Positions 36,608-46,742 of a stretch of DNA of 64,000 nucleotides are shown piece by piece. Made by a program: the position numbers and the translations under genes. This stretch comes from Bacteroidota bacterium (GTDB lineage Bacteria; Bacteroidota; Ignavibacteria; UBA10030): assembly GCA_049522195.1 (NCBI GenBank), contig JBEKOB010000011.1:6-64005 (forward strand), written 5' to 3'. The notes beneath the pieces are model-generated. The model had not been told where the DNA came from. It was given only the letters and a program-made list of their open reading frames with translations, and did no database searches. Positions within the stretch are counted from its first letter, which is position 1. The number at the start of each line of letters is the position of its first letter.

Positions 36608-36832
36608 AACCCGGAGCGATCCAGGCTTCCGCTCATCCGAACCGTCGTTCAAAATTCACATCATACAAGCGAACCAGGGTCGCACCGAGCTCCAACCATG
36701 CTTGCATACTTCAATCAGGAATACGGTGTCCACGACTGATTTGTCTGCTTCCGCACACGTGTGCGGAGCAAGCTGCTTCGTTGCCCATCCTGATCATGTT
36801 CCACCATACTCAAATCATGAACCGGGGTTTCT

Positions 36833-39800
36833 ATGAAGGCTCCGCTCTCCGTACCTCTCCTTGTGCTAACGCTTTTCCTGTTACCGGTTGTTGCGTTCGG
36901 TCAAGCGACACTTACAGGTGTCGTTACAGATTCTTTGACGAGCGAAAAACTCATTGGCGTAAATGTCGTTTTAGTGGGCACGGGGATGGGGAGTGCCACA
37001 AACATCGAAGGTGAATACAAGATCAACAACATTCCTGCAAAGACCTACGATGTGCGTGTTTCGTGTATTGGTTACGAAGCGAAGATCGTGTCCGTGGATT
37101 TTTCAAAACTCACCGTGCGCCGGCTGAATTTTCAGCTGACCGCGACCGTTATTCAGGGCAAAGAGGTCATTGTAACGGGGCAGATGCGCGGTCAGATTGC
37201 CGCGATGAATCGACAGGTCTCTTCCAACACGATCGTTAATGTCGTATCCGAAGAGAAAATCAAAGAGCTCCCCGATGCGAACGCCGCTGAAGCCATAGGC
37301 CGCCTCCCGGGCGTCTCCATTCTGCGCTCAGGGGGTGAGGCCACAACGGTCGTGCTTCGCGGTCTCAGCTCAAAGTTCAGCAATATCACCGTCGATGGTG
37401 TCAGGGTGCCGGCGACGGACTCAACGTCGAGGGATGTTGACCTTAGCATGATTTCGCAAGGGTCGCTGGCGGGAATTGAATTGTATAAAACGCTCACTCC
37501 CGATCAGGATGCCGATGCAATTGCTGGAGCAGTGAATCTGGTGACACGGAAAGCCCCCTCCGAGCGTTTGCTTCGGTTTGACATTAAAGGGGATTACAAT
37601 CGTCTGATGAAGTCGTCCAAGGAATACGATCTCTCCGGCCGGTATGGTGAACGATTTTTTGACGACATCCTTGGCGTCCAACTCCAGGGTAATGCAGAGA
37701 GAAAGATACGGAGCAGAGAAGACATCACGTACGGCTACCGCACTTTCAAAAACTCGAGTCTCTCTGGTTATGATCCAAGCACGACGGGACTCGATAACGA
37801 TTATCTAATCAACCAATTTCGTGTTGATTTCACTGACGAGTTACGCGAACGCAATGGCGGTCAGGTTATTTTCGATGTGAATACACCCGACAGCGGCACT
37901 GTAAAAGTATCGGCACTGTACAGTAGCACCTCAAGAAACATCTCGCTCTATAATCGAATCTACCCAGCTGGCGCGGGAGGCGTCAACTGGGACTACAACT
38001 ATCGGTATACTGAGCTCGGGACGAGCACGCTGAGTGTGTCCTCACAAGGAAAGAACTTCCTTCTGGGATTTGAGGCAGATTGGAATATATCCTACGCAAA
38101 TTCAAAAGTGACGAATCCGTTCGACTATCAAATGGCGTTTACGGAGACGCCAGGAGTCGTCATTGTCAATGGGGAATCCATGCCTTCCGGGAGAGATCAT
38201 CCGGAGCTCAACATCATACCCTGGGCGGCGAATGACTATCAGGCAGCTACATTGACGACTGCCTCGCGTTTTCGAAAGGAAAATTCTGAACTCGAACGGT
38301 CGGTGGCACTGAACCTAGCGAGGAAGTATACGTTGACTGACCTTCTTTCCGGGGAATTGAAGATGGGTGGAAAATACAGGAACCGTACACGCTGGCGAGA
38401 CGAAGCGGAGTATGACGATAATTCGTATCTCCATGGTTTCTTCTCCAACAATTTGGACGGCTCGAAAATCAACCTGACGGGCACACGCTTTGAAGATTAT
38501 TACCTTCATCGTACGATAGGCTCTCCCTCGCTCTCAGATTTCATCAGCCAGCCTGCTCCGACACGGGATCTTATGTCCCTCTATAGAATGAACCCCCTTA
38601 TTGACGACAACGCGTTAAGGCAGTGGTACGATCTGAACAAGAACGGGGTGTCGGGAGCCTCGCTGGAGTACAATCCCAATGATCAGGCACTGCTGAACGA
38701 GTACAATGTAACCGAGAGATTGTCTGCCGGCTTTCTCATGAACAGCTTGAATATCGGGCAACTGATGACCCTCATTGCCGGAGTCCGGGTGGAGCAGGAA
38801 AGGAACGATTACGAATCAAAGTTCGCTCCCGGAGGGCTTTCCACCATAGGCATTGTTGTTTCCGCCACAGCAGGAATCAAGGACTCCACGGCGGCATATA
38901 CGGAGACTATCTGGCTGCCGAATGCCCAGCTCATCGTGAGACCGACAGATTTTCTCAGCCTGCGTTTTGCGGCATACAGGGCGCTTGCGAGACCGGATTA
39001 TGATCTGCGCCTGCCCCGATTTTTGGTCGTCTCTGGCAGCCCGACTCCCATCACGTTGGGAAACCCGTCGCTACGTGATACGAAAGCAGCGAACTACGAG
39101 GTTAATGCACAGGTTTATAGCGGCACAATTGGCCTGATCTCTGTTTCGGCATTCTATAAGAAGATCGACGACTTCTACCACGAAATGAGTGGTGTCAACA
39201 TAAGCCGCGGCTTCGATTCCTTACTCACTGCGATCGGCGTGACGTGGCAGAACACAGAACCGTTTAAATCTCTCATTAACAGGACGAATAACTATACTGT
39301 CACACTTCCTTATAATTCTGATCATCCCACGTACGCTTGGGGATTCGAGTTCGAGCATCAAATCAATCTTGGATTCCTCCCAAGCTACTTCAAGAACTTT
39401 ACACTTTCGTACAACGCATCGCTGACACGCTCAGAGACATATATCATCCAAAGCGTATCGAAGCAGGACTCAGTGTTCCAGGTAAATCCGCGGACAGGCC
39501 AGGGCAAGTGGGTTCCCGGAACCCCGTACAATGCTGCTGTCGAGGTCAAGAGACAATCAGAAAACCAACCGAAACTGTTCGGAAACGTCGCGCTTGGATA
39601 TGACATCGGAGGATTCTCGGCGAGGATTTCGGTCTTCTATCAGGATGAGTATATCATGCAATACTCGACGGATGGCCAAAGCGATGTCCACGTCAACAGT
39701 TTCACGAAGTGGGATCTTGCCTTGAAGCAAGAGATCTTCAAAAACTTCTCACTTTTCCTCAACGTCAACAACCTCACGAACTCGCAGGAAGGCACTTCGA

Positions 39801-39889
39801 GGATCAACGTGGTGCGCGATTGGCACTTGCCCCGGACCGCAGAGCTCTATGGGACGACGGTGGACTTTGGTGTCCGCTTAACAATGTAG
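36833..39889 (+). CDS. TonB-dependent outer-membrane receptor with N-terminal carboxypeptidase-regulatory-like domain
   Basis: Signal peptide MKAPLSVPLLVLTLFLLPVVAFGQ. CarbopepD_reg-like segment GVVTDSLTSEKLIGVNVVLVGT...YDVRVSCIGY. Plug block LPDANAAEAIGRLPGVSILRSGGEATTVVLRGL. About 1000 aa beta-barrel. Confidence 0.85.
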   Translation: MKAPLSVPLLVLTLFLLPVVAFGQATLTGVVTDSLTSEKLIGVNVVLVGTGMGSATNIEGEYKINNIPAKTYDVRVSCIGYEAKIVSVDFSKLTVRRLNFQLTATVIQGKEVIVTGQMRGQIAAMNRQVSSNTIVNVVSEEKIKELPDANAAEAIGRLPGVSILRSGGEATTVVLRGLSSKFSNITVDGVRVPATDSTSRDVDLSMISQGSLAGIELYKTLTPDQDADAIAGAVNLVTRKAPSERLLRFDIKGDYNRLMKSSKEYDLSGRYGERFFDDILGVQLQGNAERKIRSREDITYGYRTFKNSSLSGYDPSTTGLDNDYLINQFRVDFTDELRERNGGQVIFDVNTPDSGTVKVSALYSSTSRNISLYNRIYPAGAGGVNWDYNYRYTELGTSTLSVSSQGKNFLLGFEADWNISYANSKVTNPFDYQMAFTETPGVVIVNGESMPSGRDHPELNIIPWAANDYQAATLTTASRFRKENSELERSVALNLARKYTLTDLLSGELKMGGKYRNRTRWRDEAEYDDNSYLHGFFSNNLDGSKINLTGTRFEDYYLHRTIGSPSLSDFISQPAPTRDLMSLYRMNPLIDDNALRQWYDLNKNGVSGASLEYNPNDQALLNEYNVTERLSAGFLMNSLNIGQLMTLIAGVRVEQERNDYESKFAPGGLSTIGIVVSATAGIKDSTAAYTETIWLPNAQLIVRPTDFLSLRFAAYRALARPDYDLRLPRFLVVSGSPTPITLGNPSLRDTKAANYEVNAQVYSGTIGLISVSAFYKKIDDFYHEMSGVNISRGFDSLLTAIGVTWQNTEPFKSLINRTNNYTVTLPYNSDHPTYAWGFEFEHQINLGFLPSYFKNFTLSYNASLTRSETYIIQSVSKQDSVFQVNPRTGQGKWVPGTPYNAAVEVKRQSENQPKLFGNVALGYDIGGFSARISVFYQDEYIMQYSTDGQSDVHVNSFTKWDLALKQEIFKNFSLFLNVNNLTNSQEGTSRINVVRDWHLPRTAELYGTTVDFGVRLTM

Positions 39890-39949
39890 AGAGAATCCAC
39901 AACAGCGTTCACAATTAACAAATTCCTTAATAGTTACTCGGAGGATACT

Positions 39950-42274
39950 ATGACGACCAGGTTTTCTAAGTTCCTTGTGTTTCTGCTTCTGCTCCTCCCG
40001 ATAAAGGCCTTGAGCCAGGACCTTGTCGTGGCGGACTATTTTTCCTCGACGGGATTTGGTGCAGGCCAATATCTGAACGTGGCGATTGCGTCAGATACGG
40101 GCAGCGCAGCGTTCAAGGCTGGAACCCGGGTCTACGTATTGCATAAAGATGGGCTTTACGCGTGGAACGCTTCCCTGGATTTTGCTGCGGGGAGCACAGT
40201 GACATTCCGTGCTGCATACGGCGAAACCGGCCATTACGATCCAACGATCTACTTTTATCCGACGGCTACAGGTGGTGGTGCACCTCCCGGACAAATGACC
40301 CAGTTGTCTACCAACATGACGTTGAGGTTGACGCACATCATGATCTCCGGCTACAACGAGCAGGTCGATTCGCTCCTCAAGCTTTCGAATACGATGATCA
40401 TGAGGACGTTGTCGACAAGTTCGAATACTCGGATCTATATTGACAGCTGCATCATGAAGACGATCGCAGGTCAGATGATTCGAACGGAAGGCCCCGCGGC
40501 GGTTGTCAGGGTTACAAACTCGATTTTTGCAGACATGGGCCACCCGACATCCAATTTTGGCGCGGGGAAGTGGATCGATGCCAGAAATGTGCGAATTGAT
40601 ACGTTGTTCGTCCAGAATAATACGTTTGTGAATTTGTACGATCGTGTTATACGGCATTACCAGGCAACGAGTCCCAACAGCATCCGAAACCTGGTTTTTG
40701 ATCACAACACAGTACTCTATAGCATGTCCTATCATGGATTTCTGTCTCTCGGTACAGTGGACACGCTTGGCACAGGGACTCTGCAAATAACCAATAACCT
40801 GCTCGTTGATCATTTTGCGTTAGGGGAAGACACAGCAGTTGTCCGTCAGGTGGAATTCAGCGACCCCGGGGAAAATGACCCGGTCAACAACAATCCCAGG
40901 ATGACATGGGTGCTGACAAACAAGAACAATACAGCAAAATGGAATATCCAGAAGAACTACTACGCATCTTCGGATTCCGGCAAGGCCATCCTTGCGTTGG
41001 GTCCCCCGAATGACGCATACTTTGCTGGACCATTTTATCACAGACAAGGTCCTCCTTACCTGACATGGAATATGAACACAATATTGGCATCTCAAGGAAA
41101 GGATACCGTAAACACATTTATTCCAGTCAATAGCATTACGCCGACAAAAACTCCCGGTCTGATGACAGAGTTGATCCGATGGGTATTAAACAAAAGCCTG
41201 GACAACAAGAACAAGCCCACTCTCAACACTGCCGCGAATTGGAACTGGACGTACGATTTCCACCGCCATCACCTGGAGTACTACTACGATACCCTTGATT
41301 GTTCGTACACAGCAAGTACCGATCTTAACCATGCAGCGACCGATGGCTCGCAGATCGGTTCCAAGCGGTGGGCGTTCAAGGGAGTTACTGGCGGTGCAGG
41401 TGGCCCGGCTTCGGTGGTGTGGAATCTCATCCTGCCAGACAGTGCCAATCCTTCAACGACCGTCGGAAACGTGACGGGTCAACCGATTAGCGGCAAGAAT
41501 TTCTATGTGCGAAATTTTGCAGGCACTCCAAATGGCCCACTCGGCACGACAGCGATGCGCTGGTGGCCATCCGCTGATGGGGGTGTGACTGGCTCAATGT
41601 GGGGACCCGAGACCGGCGAAGTTGCTGACCGTTATATTCAGCTCTCCGCGGCTCCGAACCTGGGGAATTCATTTACCGTGGACTCGCTTTCGATCTGGAT
41701 GGTAGGTGGTGGAACGGGCGGTATGCGCGTCAATCTCTACTATTCAACCGATCCGACTTTCGCCACCAAGACAAAACTGAATCCTGGGGATACGGCCATC
41801 TACCTGCCTCAAAATAGCGGTGTCACGGTCTACCAGTACTACGCGTTCGCGATTGGAAAAATCGTCAACAGCGGACAATCGTTGTATTTCAGGATTTACC
41901 CGTGGTACACGGGCGCCTCATCAAATTCGAAGTACGTCCACACGCAACTTGCCGTCATCAAAGGATCAACAACTGTGGCAACGGCAGTGCGTGAAGATGG
42001 AGCCGTCCCGCGAGCATTTCAACTTGCTCAGAATTACCCCAATCCGTTCAACCCGACAACAACCATCCAGTTTTCAATTGCCCAGAAGGGCCATGTGGTC
42101 CTCGAGGTTTTCAATATACTCGGGCAATCGGTTGCACGTCTTGTGGATGGCGAGTTGTCTGTCGGATTGTATCACGTAACATTTGATGCCTCCCGCCTGA
42201 GTTCCGGTGTGTACCTCTATCGGTTGCAGGCCGGTGATTTTGTTCGGACGCAGAAGATGGTACTGATGAAGTAA
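39950..42274 (+). CDS. Secreted T9SS-sorted protein, probable right-handed beta-helix glycan-binding or lyase-like protein of unknown function
   Basis: RBS GGAGGA and signal peptide. Repetitive N/T/V-rich beta-helix-like segments. C-terminal sorting domain [15 protein letters not shown]...[22 protein letters not shown]. Confidence 0.6.
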   Translation: MTTRFSKFLVFLLLLLPIKALSQDLVVADYFSSTGFGAGQYLNVAIASDTGSAAFKAGTRVYVLHKDGLYAWNASLDFAAGSTVTFRAAYGETGHYDPTIYFYPTATGGGAPPGQMTQLSTNMTLRLTHIMISGYNEQVDSLLKLSNTMIMRTLSTSSNTRIYIDSCIMKTIAGQMIRTEGPAAVVRVTNSIFADMGHPTSNFGAGKWIDARNVRIDTLFVQNNTFVNLYDRVIRHYQATSPNSIRNLVFDHNTVLYSMSYHGFLSLGTVDTLGTGTLQITNNLLVDHFALGEDTAVVRQVEFSDPGENDPVNNNPRMTWVLTNKNNTAKWNIQKNYYASSDSGKAILALGPPNDAYFAGPFYHRQGPPYLTWNMNTILASQGKDTVNTFIPVNSITPTKTPGLMTELIRWVLNKSLDNKNKPTLNTAANWNWTYDFHRHHLEYYYDTLDCSYTASTDLNHAATDGSQIGSKRWAFKGVTGGAGGPASVVWNLILPDSANPSTTVGNVTGQPISGKNFYVRNFAGTPNGPLGTTAMRWWPSADGGVTGSMWGPETGEVADRYIQLSAAPNLGNSFTVDSLSIWMVGGGTGGMRVNLYYSTDPTFATKTKLNPGDTAIYLPQNSGVTVYQYYAFAIGKIVNSGQSLYFRIYPWYTGASSNSKYVHTQLAVIKGSTTVATAVREDGAVPRAFQLAQNYPNPFNPTTTIQFSIAQKGHVVLEVFNILGQSVARLVDGELSVGLYHVTFDASRLSSGVYLYRLQAGDFVRTQKMVLMK

Positions 42275-42300
42275 TCATCGTATGCGTCTCTCTTGTGTGC

Positions 42301-42343
42301 GGGGCTGGATGGTGCCTCCTCCAGCCCCGGCATAAGATTTTTC
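42301..42343 (+). terminator. Probable intrinsic terminator
   Basis: GGGGCTGGA...TCCAGCCCC, a 9-bp GC-rich stem 27 nt after the stop. A T5 run lies about 10 nt downstream. Confidence 0.5.
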
Positions 42344-42531
42344 TCCTGGCCATTACGACCGTGTTTGTGGAGACAGAGTGTGTTCCATGGGGCAGGCAAT
42401 TTCGCAGTAGCGTCAACTCATTTTTCCCGCAAACAGACAGCCTACCTCTCACATTCTCTGATCTCCGGTTGAAGGATTTCTTTCAGGCGCCCCCTCGGGG
42501 CGCTTGGTGTCATGCTTTAATCATAAACACG

Positions 42532-43536
42532 ATGACTATGCGACGTTGGACGCAAGCGACTCATCTGTTGAAAATGCTTCTCTTAAGCGTGGTCTGTTTC
42601 TGCGCCTATTCACCGCTTCACTCCCAGACAACGTATGATTTTATCGTTGCCCGGGATGGCAGCGGCAGTTTTAGAACCATACAGGAAGCAATCACAGCCT
42701 GCCGGGATTATGCTGAACGGCAATACCTCATCTTCGTGAAAAATGGAGTGTACAACGAGAAACTTCTCATCCCCACCTGGAAGACCCACATCACCATCAT
42801 CGGCCAGGATGTGGACAGCACGATCATCACGTACAACGACTATTCCGGCAAGACGGATTCTCTGGGCAAGAAATTCAGCACGTTTACGTCATCTACATGT
42901 ATGGTGGCAGGTAACAACATTGTGTTTGAGAATTTCACATTCGTCAACTCGGCAGGACGAGTTGGACAGGCGGTCGCACTGCACGTCGAGGGCGATCGAT
43001 GTGTGTTCCGTAACTGCAAGCTGGTTGGCAACCAGGACACCCTGCTTGCATCGGGTGAAAACAGCCGGCAGTACTACGTGGGATGCACGATCGAGGGGAC
43101 GACAGATTTTATCTTTGGGGCTGCGACCGCGGTGTTCGAGAATTGCACCATCATCAGCAAGGTGAACTCCTACATCACTGCTGCGTCGACCCCACCGACA
43201 CAACAATACGGTTTTGTGTTTCTTCGATGCAAGCTACTCTCCGACAGCATAGGAAGAAAGGTGTATCTGGGACGTCCATGGCGCCTGCATGCGTACACTG
43301 CGTTCGTGAATTGCGAGATGGGGGAACACATCAGGCCGGAGGGATGGCACAACTGGAGCAAACCTGAGGCGGAGAAGTCAGCTCGCTATTCAGAGTACAA
43401 CAGCATGGGGCCGGGAGCCAATCCGGCATCCCGAGTTGCGTGGTCACACCAGCTCACAAAGGCAGAAGCAGAGCTGCTGACACCGCGGAGTGTCCTGAAG
43501 GGATTCGACAACTGGAACCCTGTTGACGCGAAATGA
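42532..43536 (+). CDS. Pectin methylesterase (CE8)
   Basis: ORF 42295..43536 trimmed to ATG 42532 (signal peptide MTMRRW...LLLSVVCFCAYSPLHSQ). Blocks QAVALHV, GNQDTL, GTTDFIFG and YLGRPW. Confidence 0.85.
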   Translation: MTMRRWTQATHLLKMLLLSVVCFCAYSPLHSQTTYDFIVARDGSGSFRTIQEAITACRDYAERQYLIFVKNGVYNEKLLIPTWKTHITIIGQDVDSTIITYNDYSGKTDSLGKKFSTFTSSTCMVAGNNIVFENFTFVNSAGRVGQAVALHVEGDRCVFRNCKLVGNQDTLLASGENSRQYYVGCTIEGTTDFIFGAATAVFENCTIISKVNSYITAASTPPTQQYGFVFLRCKLLSDSIGRKVYLGRPWRLHAYTAFVNCEMGEHIRPEGWHNWSKPEAEKSARYSEYNSMGPGANPASRVAWSHQLTKAEAELLTPRSVLKGFDNWNPVDAK

Positions 43537-43583
43537 GTAAATCCGGTTGTGAGCAGGCAGATTTTCGTTGAGTGAGAGGTTGC

Positions 43584-45296
43584 ATGATTCGAAAGGTACA
43601 TGCAGCAGTGGTGACGGCAATCATGCTCGTGGTGTTCGTTGATCCTTCCTCCGCACAAGTCCGGGCTTTCCCCGGAGCAGAGGGAGGGGGGATGTATACT
43701 AAAGGCGGACGTGGTGGAAAAGTGTTGGAAGTAACAACTCTCTTCGATACGATTGCCACGAACGTTGTCGGCACATTGCGCTGGGCAGTCAATCAAAACG
43801 GAGCGCGCACCGTCGTGTTCCGGGTTTCCGGGACAATTATATTGGTAGCAGATCTTAAGATTTCGAGGGACTCAATTACAATCGCCGGGCAAACAGCTCC
43901 TGGCGATGGTATCTGCCTTCGGAGGTATCCACTGATTGTCAGTGCAAATGAGGTCATTGTCCGGTACCTGCGTGTTCGCCTGGGTGATGAGTCCGGAGGC
44001 GAGAGTGATGCGATGAGTGGTTTTACCAATGCGACAACCGGGTACAAGAATCACATTATCGTCGATCACTGTTCGGCGAGTTGGAGCCAGGACGAAACGC
44101 TTTCGTACTACGGCAACGATTTTGTGACCGTCCAATGGTGCATCATCAGTGAGAGCCTCTACAATTCCAACCACCCTAAGGGAGCTCACGGGTACGGCGG
44201 GATATGGGGTGGAAAGGATCACACTTCGTTTCACCACAACCTTCTCGCTCATCACTCAAGCCGCAATCCACGGCTTTCAGGGTTGGGCACGACGACCGTA
44301 TGTTACAATGTCGATTTGCGCAACAACGTCATCTACAATTGGGGATTCAACAGCGCATACGGCGGAGAAGCAAGCACAGCGAACTTCGTGAACAACTACT
44401 ACAAACCAGGTCCCGCCACGAAGAGCGGGGTAAGGTCAAGGATCTACAATCCCTCGGATACGCTGGGGTTGTGGTACATCCAGGGGAACTTCGTCGAAGG
44501 GAATCCGACGGTCTCAGACGATAACTGGGCTGGTGGGGTCGTACCTACTATCGCGCCGAAAAATCTCTCGAGCCTCAGAGCAAGTGTACCTTTTCCTGCT
44601 TTTCCCATGACAATGCAGACCCCGCAGCAGGCCTATGACCTTGTTTTGCAGTATGCGGGTGCCACGTTCCCGAATCGCGATACGATCGACAGGAGAGTTG
44701 TCAATGAGACTCGGAGTGGGACGGTGACCTATGGCGGCAGGACGTACGCGAAGACCCAGGGGTTCGACACCACACGAGTGTATGGAATCATTGATTCCCA
44801 GACAGATGTGGGGGGATGGCCAACACTGAACAGCCTTCCTCCTCCTATTGATAGCGATTACGATGGCATACCTGATGATTGGGAGTTGTCTCATGGTCTC
44901 AATCCGGGTGATGCGACTGATCGCAATATCATCGGCGTGAATGGATACACAATGCTTGAACAATATCTCAACGGGCTTGTCGGAAGCGATGTATTCACCA
45001 CGACTGAGGTCAGCCAAAACAACAGTGTGCCGGTTCAGTTCACACTTGAACAGAATTATCCAAATCCGTTCAATCCGACAACAGCCATCAGCTATCAATT
45101 GTCGGCAAACAGCTTCGTGACGCTGAAGGTCTATGACCTCCTCGGGCGAGAAGTTGCCACGCTTGTCAATGGCCAGCGTGAATCGGGATCATACCAGACC
45201 ACATTCGATGCGTCACATCTGAGCTCAGGTGTGTATCTCTATCAATTGCGGGCAGGGGACTATGTCCAGACTCGCAAAATGGCGTTGATGAAGTGA
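43584..45296 (+). CDS. Pectate lyase (PL1-like) with T9SS C-terminal sorting domain
   Basis: Signal peptide, then AFPGAEGGGMYTKGGRGGKV. Blocks IIVDHCSASWSQDE and HHSSRNPRLSG. C-terminal [17 protein letters not shown]...GVYLYQLRAGDYVQTRKMALMK. GTG 43572 is an alternative start. Confidence 0.8.
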   Translation: MIRKVHAAVVTAIMLVVFVDPSSAQVRAFPGAEGGGMYTKGGRGGKVLEVTTLFDTIATNVVGTLRWAVNQNGARTVVFRVSGTIILVADLKISRDSITIAGQTAPGDGICLRRYPLIVSANEVIVRYLRVRLGDESGGESDAMSGFTNATTGYKNHIIVDHCSASWSQDETLSYYGNDFVTVQWCIISESLYNSNHPKGAHGYGGIWGGKDHTSFHHNLLAHHSSRNPRLSGLGTTTVCYNVDLRNNVIYNWGFNSAYGGEASTANFVNNYYKPGPATKSGVRSRIYNPSDTLGLWYIQGNFVEGNPTVSDDNWAGGVVPTIAPKNLSSLRASVPFPAFPMTMQTPQQAYDLVLQYAGATFPNRDTIDRRVVNETRSGTVTYGGRTYAKTQGFDTTRVYGIIDSQTDVGGWPTLNSLPPPIDSDYDGIPDDWELSHGLNPGDATDRNIIGVNGYTMLEQYLNGLVGSDVFTTTEVSQNNSVPVQFTLEQNYPNPFNPTTAISYQLSANSFVTLKVYDLLGREVATLVNGQRESGSYQTTFDASHLSSGVYLYQLRAGDYVQTRKMALMK

Positions 45297-45419
45297 TGCC
45301 GTTGAAGTATCCGTGCTGAGGGCCGGGTGATTGACGATCCGGTCCTCCTGCACCAGCATTGTGTTCAGATTGTTCCATCGAATCATGGTGCTGGTTTACA
45401 AACTTGAGTCGAGAGAATC

Positions 45420-46688
45420 ATGAACAATGTTTTTATCGGTGCGCTGACCGTTCTTCTTCTGCTCGTTCCGTTGCCCGGCGGGCAACCGTCGGATACTGCT
45501 GTCGTGAATGCTGGATCGGTACTTGTCGGCGATTCTCTGCATATTCCGGCATCGTGGCCGTGGGCCAAAAGGATTGCCGAATCGTTTGTGTTACGCCATC
45601 CGGGTTATGTTACGTACGACTCCATATCGCCGAACCAGCGATGGAACTACGAACAGGGGCTAATGCTCGTCGCCCTTCGTCGGATGTGGTCGCACACGAA
45701 TGACCAGCGGTATTTCGATTTTATCAAGGGGAACGTCGATCAATTCGTGGAGGAGTCGGGATCGATCAAGACCTACAAGTACGAGGACTTCAACCTCGAC
45801 AACATCGCGATGGGCAGGGCGTTACTCACGGTGTTTGAGGCGACAAAGGAACGTAAATACAAGAGCGCCGCCGACACTCTCAGGAAGCAGCTGCAAAACC
45901 AGCCCAGGACGAATGAGGGGGGCTTCTGGCACAAACAAATCTATCCGTATCAGATGTGGCTGGACGGTCTGTTTATGGCGGAGCCGTTCTATGCGTCGTA
46001 TGCAGTGATGACGAAACAACACCGGAATTTTGATGACATCGTGAACCAATTCGTTTTCGTCTACAAGCACACGCGTGATCCAAAAACGGAATTACTGTAT
46101 CACGGCTGGGATGAAAGCAGGCAGCAACGGTGGGCCGATCCGAAGACGGGATGTTCCCCCAACTTCTGGGGGAGGGCGATCGGATGGTATGCAATGGCCC
46201 TGGTGGATGTGCTGGATATCCTCCCGAAAGATTACCCGCGCAGAAAAGAGCTGCTGCATATTCTGAAGGATGTTTCGGCCACAGTACTCGAATTTCAGGA
46301 CAGGAAAACTCATTTGTGGTACCAGGTCCCGGATCAGGGAACCCGGCAAGGGAATTACCTGGAAGCGTCCGCGTCATGTATGTTTGCGTACGCGTTCGCG
46401 CGGGGAGCGAACAGAGGCTACCTCGACAAATCCTTTGTTAGAGCGGCACGAGAGACCTTTCAGGGGATTGTGGATATTCTTGTCTCCGTCGATGCGAAGG
46501 GCTTCGTCGATCTTCTTCATACCTGCCAGGGGGCCGGCCTGGGAGGAAAGCCCTACAGGGATGGAAGCTACGAATACTATGTCAGTGAACCACAGCGAAC
46601 GAATGACATGAAAGGATACGGCCCGTTTCTCCTTGCTGCGATAGAAATCGAAAACGCAGAAGTACGGACCGGGAGTGTACGGAAATAG
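45420..46688 (+). CDS. GH105 unsaturated rhamnogalacturonyl hydrolase (YteR/YesR-like)
   Basis: Blocks RWNYEQGLML, FWHKQIYPYQMWLDGLFMAEPFY and NFWGRAIGWYAMAL. Confidence 0.75.
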   Translation: MNNVFIGALTVLLLLVPLPGGQPSDTAVVNAGSVLVGDSLHIPASWPWAKRIAESFVLRHPGYVTYDSISPNQRWNYEQGLMLVALRRMWSHTNDQRYFDFIKGNVDQFVEESGSIKTYKYEDFNLDNIAMGRALLTVFEATKERKYKSAADTLRKQLQNQPRTNEGGFWHKQIYPYQMWLDGLFMAEPFYASYAVMTKQHRNFDDIVNQFVFVYKHTRDPKTELLYHGWDESRQQRWADPKTGCSPNFWGRAIGWYAMALVDVLDILPKDYPRRKELLHILKDVSATVLEFQDRKTHLWYQVPDQGTRQGNYLEASASCMFAYAFARGANRGYLDKSFVRAARETFQGIVDILVSVDAKGFVDLLHTCQGAGLGGKPYRDGSYEYYVSEPQRTNDMKGYGPFLLAAIEIENAEVRTGSVRK

Positions 46689-46742
46689 CATGAGCACATG
46701 TGATGAGCGGTCACGATTGAAACGACCATCGGTCGAAGGAGT

